Positions 1-24,204 of a stretch of 64,000 nucleotides of DNA are shown here, one piece after another (the stretch's first letter is position 1; every line of letters starts with the position of its first letter). The stretch is taken from NCBI GenBank assembly GCA_964252035.1, contig OZ176210.1; one strand, written 5' to 3'. Both the position numbers and the translations under genes were made by a program. The notes beneath the pieces are model-generated. The model was not told the origin of the DNA. It ran no database searches and saw only the letters and a list, made by a program, of their open reading frames with translations. This DNA is from Podarcis erhardii (Eukaryota).

Positions 1-37
1 TCTTACAACAGCAACACATTTATTATCGCATAGCTTT

Positions 38-173
38 AAGGCTTCCTCAAACTCGGCCCTTCAGATGTTTTGAGACCACAACTCCCATCATCCCTGACCA
101 CTGTTCCTGCTAGCTAGGGATCATGGGAGTTGTAGGCCAAAAATGTCTGGAGGGCCGAGTTTGAGGAAGCCTG
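38..173. mobile_element. Palindromic hAT-type MITE
   Basis: Ends (a/c)aggcttcctcaaact...agtttgaggaagcctg. Same family as 29437-29570. No TSD match here. Confidence 0.7.
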
Positions 174-1294
174 GACTAGAATCTACTTCATCAAATGCTT
201 GTGCCATATGTGTTGGTCTTTATGGCGCCACAAGATTGTTGGGTTTGCTGCAAGAGACTCATATGTCTACCCTTCTGGAAACATTTTCAAGTTGTATTCA
301 CAAGTCATCGTCCCCAAACCTCACAGAACTTACTACAATATTTTGATGCTTAATTTTCCTTGTTACATTTTATCATAAAGCATTATTTCTACAAACAGAG
401 TAGCTATGACAGAAGAAGAGGACACAGGAAATCTGACAGGCCTTTTAAAGTTTACTCTTTAAAGCTATATAAATCAGAATGAAATGTAAACATTGCTAAA
501 TGTAATATTAAGAGATCTGACAAGATGAAGCACAGTCTCACCAACAACCTTGTCTTAGCATCAGAGTGAAAGGCTGTCAGCATTTCATTTATATACAATG
601 TGTTCTGAAAAGAAACAATTATAACTAACGTTTTCCACTGCAGCAGCTTTATTTAAAACAGAGGTCAACTTTTCAGTCTCAAGAGAATGCTACAGAAAAA
701 CCACATGTAAAATCCTGTTTCCTGTGAAACGGGGCAGATGTTTTTATGTAAGCAAAAGCAAATCATAACTCTGCAGGACTAGCAATGGGCCAGGATATAA
801 CCTATATGATGGCTGAGTACCCACAAAAAGAGAAGTTAGAAATCATTGCAATTAGGTCTGAGTTGCTTTGTGTCTTCAGAAGACAGCTGGGGAGGCATGT
901 GCTTTGAAGCAGCTGCAGAGTCTAAAACTAGATGGGCAACTATTTTGAGGTTAGGTACCAATGGCCAAAGATATAGCCAAGTTCATTAATATTAGATAAC
1001 TTGCAGTAACTAATTTTGCCTTGTGCAAGGATAGTTCCAGTTTGTATTGCTGTGCATATCAAAACCACAGGGCTCTGGTTGCCTAGCAAGGAATCAATAT
1101 ATTGTACAGGAGAAGTAGCTTACCTAGGGTCCTCCAGACATTGGTGGACTCAAACTCCTGTCAGCCCACGAAGCACAGCCAAGGATCAGGGATGATGGGA
1201 TTTGTAGTACAGCAACATCTGGACACCACAGTTTAGCCACAACTGCTGTACAGCAAACTTAGATATGTAGTGGCTGTAAACAATGTCTAGAGTC

Positions 1295-1440
1295 ATAGAA
1301 TCATATAGAATTGTAGAGTTGGAAGGGACCATGAGGGTCATTCAGTTCAACCCCCTGCAAGAATCTTTCACCCAATGTGGGACTTGATTGAATACACGAC
1401 TCTGAGATTAAAAGTCTTATGCTCTACCAACTGAATTATC
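1295..1440 (-). mobile_element. tRNA-derived SINE with CR1-like tail (degraded)
   Basis: atagaatcatagaa..gttggaagggacc tail plus tRNA-like head on the minus strand. Related copies near 42075-42225 and 61660-61820. Confidence 0.55.
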
Positions 1441-3140
1441 ATGAAAACAAATAGTAAACTGTGTTGTTGTTTTTTGAGGGGGGTTATAATCAAGTAGTGT
1501 ATAAATGTTATGGAATAAAATATTTTTTATGAAATAAATAGTGCAAAGACGTTTATTTAATCCACATGATGAGTTATGGAACATGTATAGCATGCTGCAT
1601 AGAGACAGCTACTCAATGTAATTCAAGCAGCTGTTTCCTATGCACCACCCCCAAAGTAACATTTCCATGACTAATATAAAAAACACTTCACGATTAACCA
1701 CAGTACTTCTATGAAATTTAAGGATGACTGGTTTCTAAAACTCAGAGCTGACCCTGTTCATGCTATTAAGATTTGCTGTCAGAGCTTGCAGCATAGTGAA
1801 GGCAAATATTTGTTATTTGAGGAACAAAAGATGTGCATGACAATGACTCATCCCAGAAAATAAAAATTCTTGGGAAATTATACACTCTTAGGGATAGGAA
1901 GAACTGGAATGACCTAAAACTAATTAAGTCATAATGGAACACCTAAAATCCTGTTTTGGCCAAACATTTCCAAAACACACTGTCCAAACTTTAATTCTTT
2001 TTTGGTGTTTTTAAGAATGTGTTGGAACTAGAATGCCTCTGTGGAATTTTTTTTAAACAATTGCTTCTGTTCTATCAATCTCCAGCAGTTTTCCTTGAAT
2101 AAAATGTCAATATTCTAGGTTATATACCTTGTAGCTCTTGTAACCAGTGTGGATAAACTGAGGAGAGGTCCACCATGTTTGGTTAATAAAAACTTTACAG
2201 CCATGTTTTCCCCCTCTTTCTAGTAGCAAGTGAAGCAGAGATTTCTCACTCCCCCTTCCAAAGCAGCCAAATACATGCATGCATCACTTTTGTAGGGCCA
2301 TTTGGTTACAGATGAGTAAGGAGGACATTTTAGTGCCCCTGACGAAGGCATTTATGAAGTGGGCTGGCCTGCAAAACATTTGCTGCATGGATAAGCCAAC
2401 ACGAAGCCCCTAGTATGTTGTTAGACTCCAGCTTCTATCAACCCAAGCTAGCATTGGCAAGTGAGAGATGTAATTCAACAGTACCTGCAGGGGAACATGC
2501 TTATCCAGTTTTATTCTTTTGCTCCTCAGATACTCAGTCTCTTATTTTCTGCTTGTTATCAGCATCTTCCACCATTTTCCTGCCCATCCATGCCATACTC
2601 ACAGGTTAGGAAAGGTATTGTTTCTTACAGAAAAGAAAGGAGAAACCCTTCTGCTTCACAAAACATGCCACAACTACTGCATCCTGGCACAAGATATAGT
2701 TTACCTACATTCTGAAGTAGTCATCTCTGCATCCATCTGCCTACACATGGCTTTATATTTGTGGTGGAATGTAATCAGACGCTTTGCCTGGAATTGCCCT
2801 AGTGACCAAGCTACTGAATTGGTGGATTGCTGAAACACATAATGATATTCACCTTCTACTGCAAATGACTTTACAGATGTGCAACATATGCTTATTCAGA
2901 ATATAAGAAATATGTCGGTGATGTTGCTGTTGATTCAGTTTATATTTTGCCCTTCCTCCCAAAGTAGCCCAGTGTGCAAAGAGATTGTTTTTACAATTTT
3001 AAAAAGGTATCAATCACATTCTCTCACCCAGTGGTTTCAGGCTTCCTAGGAGCAACATCTTTCAGCCTGCGTAAAAAATAACGTTTTGAAATTCCTTCTG
3101 AAAGCCAATAATGAGAGAAATAGACACATCACCTAGGATA

Positions 3141-3489
3141 AGGTAAAGGGACCCCTGACCATTAGGTCCAGTCGTGACCGACTCTGGGGTTGCGGTGCTC
3201 ATCTCACTTTATTGGCTGAGGGAGCCGGCGTACAGCTTCCGGGTCATGTGGCCAGCATGACAAAGCCGCTTCTGGCGAACCAGAGCAGTGCACAGAAATG
3301 CCGTTTACCTTCCCGTCGGAGCGGGACCTATTTATCTACTTGCACTCTGGTGTGCTTTCGAACTGCTAGGTTGGCAGGAGCTGGGACAGAGCAACAGGAG
3401 CTCACCCCGTCACGGGGATTCAAACCGCCAACCTTCTGATCGGCAAGTCCTAGGCTCTGTGGTTTAACCCACAGCACCACCCGCATCCC
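3141..3489 (-). mobile_element. Sauria SINE
   Basis: tRNA-like head and (ACCTTT)n tail on the minus strand. TSD acctaggata at 3131-3140 and 3494-3503. Confidence 0.9.
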
Positions 3490-3804
3490 TCTAACCTAGG
3501 ATAGCATTCCACAAATGGGGAACTGGAACTGGAACAGCCACATGTGGCTTGTGATAAGGTTTTAACTGGTGCTTGCAATCTCACAGTGATACAATAGGCA
3601 ACTATGAACTAATACGTTGAATTTCATTCATTCATTCCTTTCAGAGAGTTATGCCTTCATATACAAACAGAAAAGGTGTAACTCTGAAAAGAACATTATG
3701 GCCTCCAGACTGTACCGTATGTTTATAAATTGCAAATTATGATTTTAAGTATGCCACAATTTCCTTTTGTCTTTAGGAGAATTTTCAGCCAAATTTAAAT
3801 AACA

Positions 3805-5712
3805 ATTTGACACACAGCTGTGAGGCATTTGCGAGCTTTTTTGCGGAGAAGGTCTTGTTGCTCCGCCATGACCTCCCTGCCAATTTGGATACAATAAAGG
3901 AACTGGAGGCCCCTCGACTGCCCTCGGGTTCAGTATTGGACCACTTTGACCGGATATCCCCAGCCGATGTGGACAGACTCCTCCGAGCTGGAAAGCCCAC
4001 CACATGTCCTCTCGACCCGTGCCCGTCCTGGCTGATTAGAGCGTGTCCAGACGAGGTGCGGGCCCCCCTGGGGGATATCATCAATCTGTCCCTTGGCACC
4101 GGGACATTCCCAGGGGAACTGAAGGAGGCAGTGGTGCGCCCGCTCTTAAAGAAAACATCATTAGATCCCTTAGATCTATCCAATTACCGCCCGGTTTCGA
4201 ATCTTCCATTCCTGGGTAAGGTGATTGAGAGAGCGGTTGCTGAACAGCTTGGTAGGTTTCTGGATGAAACATCGGCTCTGGATCCATTCCAGTCCGGCTT
4301 CCGCGCTGGTCATGGGACTGAGACGGCTCTGGTCGCCCTAACAGATGATCTCCGCAGGCAGCTGGATCGAGGCGGGTCGGGGCTGCTGATTCTTCTAGAC
4401 CTGTCAGCAGCCTTCGACATGGTCGATCACGAACTCCTGGACCACCGCCTTGCCGACGTGGGGATCCAGGGCACAGTCCTTCAATGGCTGCGCTCGTTTC
4501 TCTCCGGTCGGGGACAGAGGGTGGCGCTTGGGGGGGAATTGTCATCCCGCCACTCCTTGGTGTGTGGTGTGCCCCAGGGTGCAATACTCTCCCCAATGCT
4601 TTTTAACATCTTTATGCGCCCCCTCGCCCAGCTTGTCCGGAGTTTTGGGCTGGGCTGCCATCAGTATGCTGATGACACCCAACTCTATCTGTTGATGGAC
4701 GGCCACCCGGACTCTGCCCCAGACACACTGATCAGATGCTTGGAGGCTGTGGCTGGATGGTTACGTGGGAGCCGGCTGAAGTTAAATCCTTCGAAGACAG
4801 AGGTCCTCTGGCTGGGACGGGACGACAGGGGGCTGAGGGGGCAACTCCCATCTCTTGCGGGGGTGCAATTAGTGCCAGCACCGTCCGTTAAGAGTTTGGG
4901 TGTAATCTTCGATACCTCCCTCTCCATGGAGGCGCAGATTGCAGCTATAACAAAGGCGGCATTCTTTCATCTCCGCCAAGCTAAGCAGTTGGCTCCTTAC
5001 CTCTCACGCCCTGACCTAGCCACTGTGATCCACGCGACGGTCACCTCCAGACTGGATTATTGTAACTCGCTCTACGTGGGGCTGCCCTTGAGACTGACCC
5101 AGAAACTCCAGCGGGTGCAAAATGCTGCAGCGAGACTCCTTACGGGGTCTTCGCTTAGAGATCACATTCATCCGGTGCTATACCAGCTGCACTGGCTCCC
5201 GGTGGAGTACAGGATCAGGTTTAAGGTGCTGGTTTTAACCTTCAAAGCCCTATACGGCCTAGGGCCCTCGTACCTACGGGACCGCCTCTCCTGGTATGCC
5301 CCACAGAGGAACTTACGATCTTCGAATAAAAACATCTTGAAGGTCCCAAGCCACAGAGAGGTTAGGCTGGCCTCAACTAGAGCCAGGGCTTTTTCGGCTG
5401 CGGCTCCAACCTGGTGGAACGCTCTCTCACAAGAGACAAGGGCCCTGCAGGACTTGACATCTTTCCGCAGGGCCTGCAAGACAGAGCTGTTCCACCTGGC
5501 CTTTGGTCAGGGCGCAGCCTGACTCCCTCCTCTGGCAATCTTTACAAAACTTTAGTTTATGGTTGCCATCAATTTTGATTTTAATTCATTTTAATCCATT
5601 TTTATAATGTTTTATAATGTTGTACTGTTTTAGTGTTGTTAGCCGCCCTGAGCCCGGCTTCGGCTGGGGAGGGCGGGATATAAATAAAATTTATTATTAT
5701 TATTATTATTAT
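3805..5712 (+). mobile_element. Young L2 (CR1/L2 clade) LINE, 5'-truncated, in SERINC5 intron 1 (antisense to gene)
   Basis: Intact RT ORF, CpG-rich, 3' UTR hairpin (5643-5676) and (TTA)n tail. No clear TSD. Confidence 0.92.
3807..5522 (+). CDS. Reverse transcriptase ORF (571 aa, 5'-truncated, no endonuclease) of an L2 LINE
   Basis: Uninterrupted ORF with YRPVSNL, QSGFR, LLDLSAAFD, GVPQGAILSP and YADD motifs, plus an L2-type C-terminus (LHWLPV..RIRFK). Confidence 0.92.
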   Translation: MTHSCEAFASFFAEKVLLLRHDLPANLDTIKELEAPRLPSGSVLDHFDRISPADVDRLLRAGKPTTCPLDPCPSWLIRACPDEVRAPLGDIINLSLGTGTFPGELKEAVVRPLLKKTSLDPLDLSNYRPVSNLPFLGKVIERAVAEQLGRFLDETSALDPFQSGFRAGHGTETALVALTDDLRRQLDRGGSGLLILLDLSAAFDMVDHELLDHRLADVGIQGTVLQWLRSFLSGRGQRVALGGELSSRHSLVCGVPQGAILSPMLFNIFMRPLAQLVRSFGLGCHQYADDTQLYLLMDGHPDSAPDTLIRCLEAVAGWLRGSRLKLNPSKTEVLWLGRDDRGLRGQLPSLAGVQLVPAPSVKSLGVIFDTSLSMEAQIAAITKAAFFHLRQAKQLAPYLSRPDLATVIHATVTSRLDYCNSLYVGLPLRLTQKLQRVQNAAARLLTGSSLRDHIHPVLYQLHWLPVEYRIRFKVLVLTFKALYGLGPSYLRDRLSWYAPQRNLRSSNKNILKVPSHREVRLASTRARAFSAAAPTWWNALSQETRALQDLTSFRRACKTELFHLAFGQGAA

Positions 5713-7379
5713 CTTGTTCAAGTTGTGTACAGCTGGGGAGAATTTCAAGTTATTAACAGCACAAAGAGGCAACTTTAAAGCAGCACATTTGTATGCAATG
5801 TTCTACTGGATCTAAGCAGAGTTTACTCCCATTAAATAAAGCTGTTTTCTTATGTGCTTTACATATGGCAATATGCTTTTTGCATTTGCATTCTGTCATC
5901 TGCTGTAACCTCTACAGTAGCTAGAGAAGACACATTCAGTGTGCTTCTGTCTTGCATTAGCGACATTCACATACAAAAAGCAAAAGGGATGATTCAAAGG
6001 CCCTTTGGGAGTTATGCTTAAAGTATATGTTAGACTTACTTGGCATGTCAAGTTCAGGGAACAAAAACATTGCCACTCTGGAATGAAACACTGTTTTCTC
6101 CCCACTAATTAGCAGCTGTAGCTCTTTTGTCAATATTTTACAACCACAGCCCAATGTTTGAAAAGTTGTTGCATAATTAAACAAAATATTGAGAAATGTA
6201 TTGGGAATGGCTATCATAATCTAATTAGGAAGAGGATTCCTTTGAACTTAACAGGAATTGCTCCCAAACAAATACATTTAGGGTGGGGCTGTATGACATT
6301 AGTAATGAGTGAGAACACAACTGACAAATGCTTTCTGTTGCCAAAGCATACAATTCATTAGCAGTATCGCTTTCCTCAGAGAAATTCTGATTTGTTCTTC
6401 CACTCTAGGATATGGCGGCAAATGAATGCTAGCCTCCCCTTTCCAAATGTCCCTGTAGCATCAACCCACAAACTAAATGAACTATCCAGATTTCAGGAAC
6501 TAAAATTGTACTCAGAAACAATGCTGGATTAAACCCTGTGGAGGCCCCTAGGCAGTCGAAATCGGGGGGGGGGGGGCTCACAAATCATCTCCTAATACAT
6601 CTTTTATTTTATCAACAACAATTTTAATAAATCAATTGTGATCTGTTGTTGCAAGGCCCCCAAAAGGTGTGGGACCTCATAACCCAGTACCTACTCTGCC
6701 TATTTTGTAAACTGGCACTGCTCAAAAAGAATGAGGGGGTGTCTTGATCTGCTACACAGTATTTCTTAGACTTTAAAAGTGCTACATAACACTTTGTGCA
6801 TAAAATCTAACACAGTAATTAAAACAGTTCCTCTTGAGAAATCCCAAGCTTTCAATGGTGGGTATACCTTTGAACAAAACATATACTGTAAGCCATTGGA
6901 AAAGAAAAAGGACAGCAATCCGCACACCATCTAAGGAGTGGATTTGCGGTTATTGGTAAGCTCCTTTTAATCGTTTCTGATCTTAAATCGAAGCGGCACA
7001 TGAACTAACCAATCCATCAGAAACTAAACGCTGCATATACCGCTGCCAAGATTTCACTCTAGACATCTGACCAACTGGGCTCGAGAGCAGGGAAGCTTCT
7101 GTCATGATCATGCATTTGTCCATCTTCAATGTGCCACAATATTGACTGTTGATGCAGCGTCTGAAGGCAGGCCAACGGGTCTGCTGCCACCACCATCCGT
7201 TTGGCCCCGAGTTGGCACCCATGAGCAGCACCGCCAACCCTACGCGTTGCCAGTTCGATCGACAAGGGAAAGTCCTTTCTGCAGACCCAGTTCCCCAGCA
7301 GCTAAACTCAGAAGCCGAGCACTTGGCACGGGCAGATCCGCCCTGGACACAGGCAGGCTGAGGAGTCTTAGGAATCGCA

Positions 7380-8260
7380 ATCCTGGCCAGGGAAGACGAG
7401 AGCGAGCGCGGCCGCCAAGCAGGCGCTGGCGCAGTCCCAAAGGACCCTGCCACGCAGCCAGGGTGGGGCCTCCGACCGTATCCGCCTGGGAAGAGGAGAA
7501 GGGTGGCCTCCAAGTGGAGGGGCTTCCTCGCCTCGCTCCTTCTCCTCACAGAAGGGAATGGCTTTTTTCCGCGCCCCCCCCCTCCCCGCCTCAAAAACAA
7601 AACCTCCTTACCTGACCCGCACAACAGCGCGCGGACATGGTCGCCCCTCAGACGGCGAGCCCCGGGCTGGCCGCGCGCAAATGCCCTCTCCGTCCGCACC
7701 TGCCCGCTGGCTCAGGCAAGCGGCCTCGCGCCCGGGCAGCAGCCGAGGCGCAGCTGAAGGCTTCCTCAGCCGCCCAGCCCTCGGTTGCCGAGGCGCGCAG
7801 AGAGCGCACACGCGCCCCCTAGAGCAGCTGGCCGGGCCGGAGGCGCGCGGCGCGCTCGCCCCGACGCCTGACACAAACACTGGAGCGACTGGCGAGCTCG
7901 GCTTCTGCGCTGCAGGGTAAGTTGCCCGAGCCCAGCTCGGAGCGCGCTGGAAGCTTCCGCTGTCGTCAGTTTTTTGCTTGGAAGGAGATAAATGGCTTTC
8001 CGGTGCGGGAGGTTAGGAACGGCCCGCCCCGCTTAGGAGACGGGAGAAAAGAGGAAGCAGCCGGGATGGAAGGAAGCAGGCGCGCGGCGGAGACCACCTG
8101 TCCTCGTTCTCACGCTCCGAAGTGAAACGCAGCGCGAGGGCACCTGGGATTGAGGTTCCCGAAGGAGAGGGCGGAGCTACCGGCCGGCGGGCGCCAGCGC
8201 GCCAGACGCCTCCTCCGAGGTTGGTGTCGTCTCGGAAGAAGGGACGCCTCTTTTGCGGCT
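7380..8260 (-). promoter_or_regulatory. CpG island / promoter of SERINC5
   Basis: High GC and CpG density around exon 1. Confidence 0.75.
7612..7638 (-). CDS. SERINC5: SERINC5 coding exon 1 (MSARCCAGQ); remainder of gene lies beyond the left edge of the window
   Basis: Minus strand reads gcgaccATG TCC GCG CGC TGT TGT GCG GGT CAG|gtaagg inside a CpG island. The 27-nt exon matches the recalled human SERINC5 exon 1 (MSAQCCAGQ) in length and 8/9 residues. No exon 2 found in 1-7600. Confidence 0.8.
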
Positions 8261-9433
8261 TCTGCAGGTGTTGCGTTACCTGCATCCATCCTTCCGCCGT
8301 TTGCATGGAAGTCGCTTCCGATTTGCTTGTCACGCGATCTGGTTCACACGAGACGTTTGCTTCTAAGCCATCAGAGCAGTTCTCTGCTGGACCCGAAGTC
8401 TCTTCTTCTAGTCTATTGTCCTCTTTCCCACAGGGATCGACCAGGTTCCCCTGGGAAGCCCACAAGCAGGGCGTGAAAGGAATAGTCTCCCACGGCCTGT
8501 GGTCAGAGGCAGATTGCTCTGGAGATGAGGTGGAAGAGTTACCGTCCTTACACACAAATTCGTCCCATCCCCACAGCTTGTCGTAATTATTCCTATACTG
8601 CGAACCAGAGGGACACTGATGTTGGAAGCAGCAACTTTGGTCACCGCTGCAGCAATTAAGGGAATTGCTCCCTCACTGGGATCTCTAGATATAAATTGGT
8701 CACGCCCATGGTAAATCTTTACGGCAGTAGAAAAGATAACAGGGTTAAAGAGGCCTTGGTCTGCTTGGCTGGGGGGTTCAGTGAAAAAATCATTCAGGCA
8801 TCCCATATTATCACAAAATAAATGTTTTAGGATTTACTCGCACAAGAGCAGCTTTGTTTCAATTCATCTAGTCCAGCATCCTGTCTCACACTGGCCAACC
8901 AGATGTATCAAGAAAGCTAAGAAGCAGGAATTCAGGGCTTATTTTCACTCATGGTTTATCAGGGCGCTTGGTAGTAATATCCCTGTTAGGTAGAACCTAC
9001 TCTCATTTTATAAATGTGGAATTAGGGCCTTGCCCTAAATCCACCATACCAGTCTAGGCTGAAGCAAGGTACAGATACACCTAACTTTCTCCACTGTAGA
9101 ATATGATTTTTAGTCACAGCCATCTCTGGTAATACTGTAGCTCATATTGACACCCAATGAAACCCTTTCTTCTACTAAATCACCATATTTTCAACAACTG
9201 CACTGGCATATGTAACAGGAATGAGATTCCTACACATTTTGGTGGTTGTTTTTTCTTTGTCTAGAGCAGATACTGGGGAAACAAAGATTCATCCATACTG
9301 AGACTTCCAATCTCTGCATCTGGGATTCCAGCCTCCGAGGCATTTCTAGCACAAGGTCTCATTCATCAGTACCATATGCCAAGTTCCCATATCCCACCTA
9401 TTATATATTATTAACCAATGAGTCTTTAACTTT

Positions 9434-9439
9434 TTTATT
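9434..9439 (-). terminator. Probable CDK7 polyadenylation signal AATAAA
   Basis: First AATAAA about 180 nt after the stop codon (an ATTAAA lies at 9526-9531). Confidence 0.55.
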
Positions 9440-9620
9440 TTTTAAAAAAGCAAAGCAATAAAAATACATGGTTTTTAGAGTTTAACACTACACACATTTT
9501 ACATGTTTACATTTACAAATTACGCTTTAATCCATATTGTGACTTTTGAGTTTTCACATTATTTGATCTTTTCAGACTTCATAGCAGCAGAAATATTCAA
9601 TATCCCTGTTTCCACAGTAG

Positions 9621-21300
<11,680 letters not shown>

Positions 21301-22920
21301 CCCGACCAAGCGCGATTTAAAAACCGTCAAGTTTACGACGCCTCCAGGAAACCAGCGCGACTCCGGCTCCTCCCCCTCTCCCGTACACCACCGGCCTTCC
21401 CACCGCGTTCTACGCATGCGCCACGCACGCGGGCAAATGACGCTTCCCTCTCCCCCCCCCCTCCGAGGTTTCCGCCGGTCGTGACAACAGCCTCTCAACA
21501 CAGAGATAGGAAAGGATAGACGAGCAAGCCAAATCCCTTATAGAGCTGTAACGAGGATAGAAAAACCCGTGGTTTTCTTCTCGGGTCGCAACTTCTCCGC
21601 CCATCCAGGAGTGCTAGTGAGGGCTGTCCATTAAAAAAAGAGAGAGGAGAAATTCGGGGTTTCGACAGAACTGATCATTGGGAGGCTGCAGCTTTGTACG
21701 GTGGGGGTTTGCTAGTCAAAAGCACCCTTCAGATTGCAGCAGGGCCGAGGCAGTTGCACCAGCAGTCAGGCCTTATCAGTTGGATGTACAACTGTGCATA
21801 TCATATTGCCAGCCCTTTGACTTGGTGAGCTAGCCTGATGCCCTCAGAAGTGGTAGGTGTCTGCTGTTTTATCGTAACAAGTAATATGAAAAGTTGGGGG
21901 GGGGGGAACCACCGTGTTAACTCATCTCATTGCTTCTGTGAGAGCCCTCTGGCTGCCCTAACACATCTAAATTCCTGTTTCCCAGGAAGAGCTGTCACTG
22001 CCATCCCAAAAGAGATAGGTGAGGAAGCCTGTTGTTAGCAGTGTTAGTCTTGCAACAAAAACAAGTGTCGTGGCACTTTAAGCAGAGGTGGTTCACAAGA
22101 TATTGTTACTCCCATTGGCCATGCTGACCAAGGCTGGTGGGAGCTGAAGTCGAACTCAACAGCTGGAGAGACACAGGTTCTCATCTCTGCTTGAAAAGGA
22201 GTATTTAATATGGCATCAGCTTTCATGGACCACAATCCACTGCACTGGATCATATATAAATTGCATTCGTAACTTGGCAAGTATATACACATAGTTTAGG
22301 GAGAACTATAGGGGAGTGAGCAAACTCCAGTGAACCTTAACCACTTTGCTCCAGCAGCTCCCTCTTTTCAAGTTCCCAAGTGCCAAGGCAGCCACTGCAC
22401 CTGACTACAGCAGTAAAGATAACATAATAAATGCATGTTTGGTTACACATAAATGAGTCTGAGAAAATATAAATGCAGCACAATGTGATACAAGTTTATT
22501 TACTCAGAAGCAAATTCCAAAAAATAAGTAGGCATGCACATCCTGATTGTTTTGTTGTTGTTGTTATTTGGACTTTCCAAACAAAAGATGCATTTATTAC
22601 TCTATTTATTTTCAGGATTTATACCCTGCAGCTTTTTATTTAAGGCCACTTTGTAGATAAACTAAAGAGCAAAATAAGCACTTCAAAATTAACAGTTGCA
22701 GCTTTATTTGTAATCAACCCATCACATTTAGATTCCACAATTTGATGTAGGTTGGAGCAGAACCCATTTTGTTCAAACGGAAATGTCATTTCATGATGAC
22801 CAGGAAATCAAAAGGGAAGTAGATATCCTGCTACAATTTGGATGCGACCAGCATTTTATTTGCAAGGCGTGTTTATTGCCTTCCTTGGCAGATTTCATTC
22901 ATGCATTTATTTTTAAGAAG

Positions 22921-23010
22921 TGCTATAGTTCAGTGGTAGCACGTATGCTTTGCATTTTAAAAAAGTTCCAGATTCAGTCTTTGGAAGCTGTATGCAATAG
23001 ATGGGAAACC
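22921..23010 (+). mobile_element. Degraded tRNA-headed SINE (Squam3-like)
   Basis: gctatagttcagtggtagcacgtatgctttgc..gattcagtc resembles a tRNA A/B-box head but does not form a full cloverleaf. Confidence 0.5.
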
Positions 23011-24204
23011 TCTTTACAATGAAATTTACACATAACTGGATCTCTCCCCCCACTCAGAAACCATTTCCAGTGATCCTTGCTAACTTGGGAGTGGTTGGAA
23101 GATGGGGGGGGGGGGGAGTTCCAGGCCTCAACTCTAACTGATGTTAGTAGCTTGAACTTATATGTTTGTAAAGCACAAAGATGAGCAGGAGCAAGGTCAG
23201 GACGACATGGGTGCAGCAGGAGTGTCAGATTGATTGTAGTGCTCCCAGCCATATAACTGGGTAGGCCTGACCTTACTATAGTTAAGCAACAGTGACACTG
23301 GTGTTGGGAGGGTATCTCTGGCTACGACTATGTATACTGATAAGACGTCTTATTTCATTAAAATAAATGGGCACCTGAGCCTTCAGAAGATCCTCATTTC
23401 ACATCACAACTGTTGAGGATCGCAGGAGCAAAGTCCATTTTGAGACCAAAGGATTGTATCAATACTAAACTTGATTGATGAGTAGATGGTGCAAACATTT
23501 TAATTTCTTGTTCTTTTGAGATTTCAAAAGAAAAACCTCTAGTTATTAGCATAACTTAGAGATACATTTTAAAACGAGTTCCTGCATATTTGGACTACAT
23601 TTCATCTGACAATCAGGCTGAGTGAGAGTAGTACCTACAAGTGGAATTGTCAAGAATGGAAGCCTGTATTTCTTTCCAAAAGAGCAGGCAGATAAGTTTG
23701 CAATAATATGTAACTGATGTTTAATAAATACAATTCATCCACTAACACCTGCAAGTTCTGTCTTGATACTGTCTCTCACATCCAACACCCTTTAAAAAAA
23801 TTCTCCCAAAGGACATGGTTGATGCTGTTGGAGAGAAGAAACAAATATTGCTTTCCTTCATGCCAGACAGGCATTACATGAACAGTGAAAACATCACAAG
23901 ATTTTGCTGTTCTTCCTTAGTGTATGAACAACAGCTACAAAGGAGATAACAAAACCATTATTGCTAAGTAGAACAAATAAAATAAAATTTTAATTGTAGA
24001 GTTGTATAAAGTGGAGTCACAATTACTCAAAACAGAATGGTCTTCTGTTCTAGGACACCGCCACTTTACCTTCTCATCCCTCATGAAATACCTTTAACAA
24101 AGCTATTTGCTTTTAGACTTTTATAACATTCAGAGAGTGAGGAAGGCCTTTGTTGTGAATATAAGAGTTTGTTGTACACCAGTAGATAACCGGAGTCTTG
24201 TGCA

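Noticed and set aside
481-600. Minus-strand frame TRLLVRLCFIL resembling SERINC5 exon 2
   Set aside because: Lacks the preceding Cys-rich LACCCG segment and splice sites; coincidental.
5168-5479. 103-aa antisense ORF (duplicated at 10757-11068)
   Set aside because: Shadow frame of the L2 RT.
6983-8586. Several long overlapping ORFs (238, 157, 180, 154 aa)
   Set aside because: GC-rich CpG-island ORFs on both strands with no recognisable domain. Part of the region (about 8440-8530) is a CR1-tail-like repeat.
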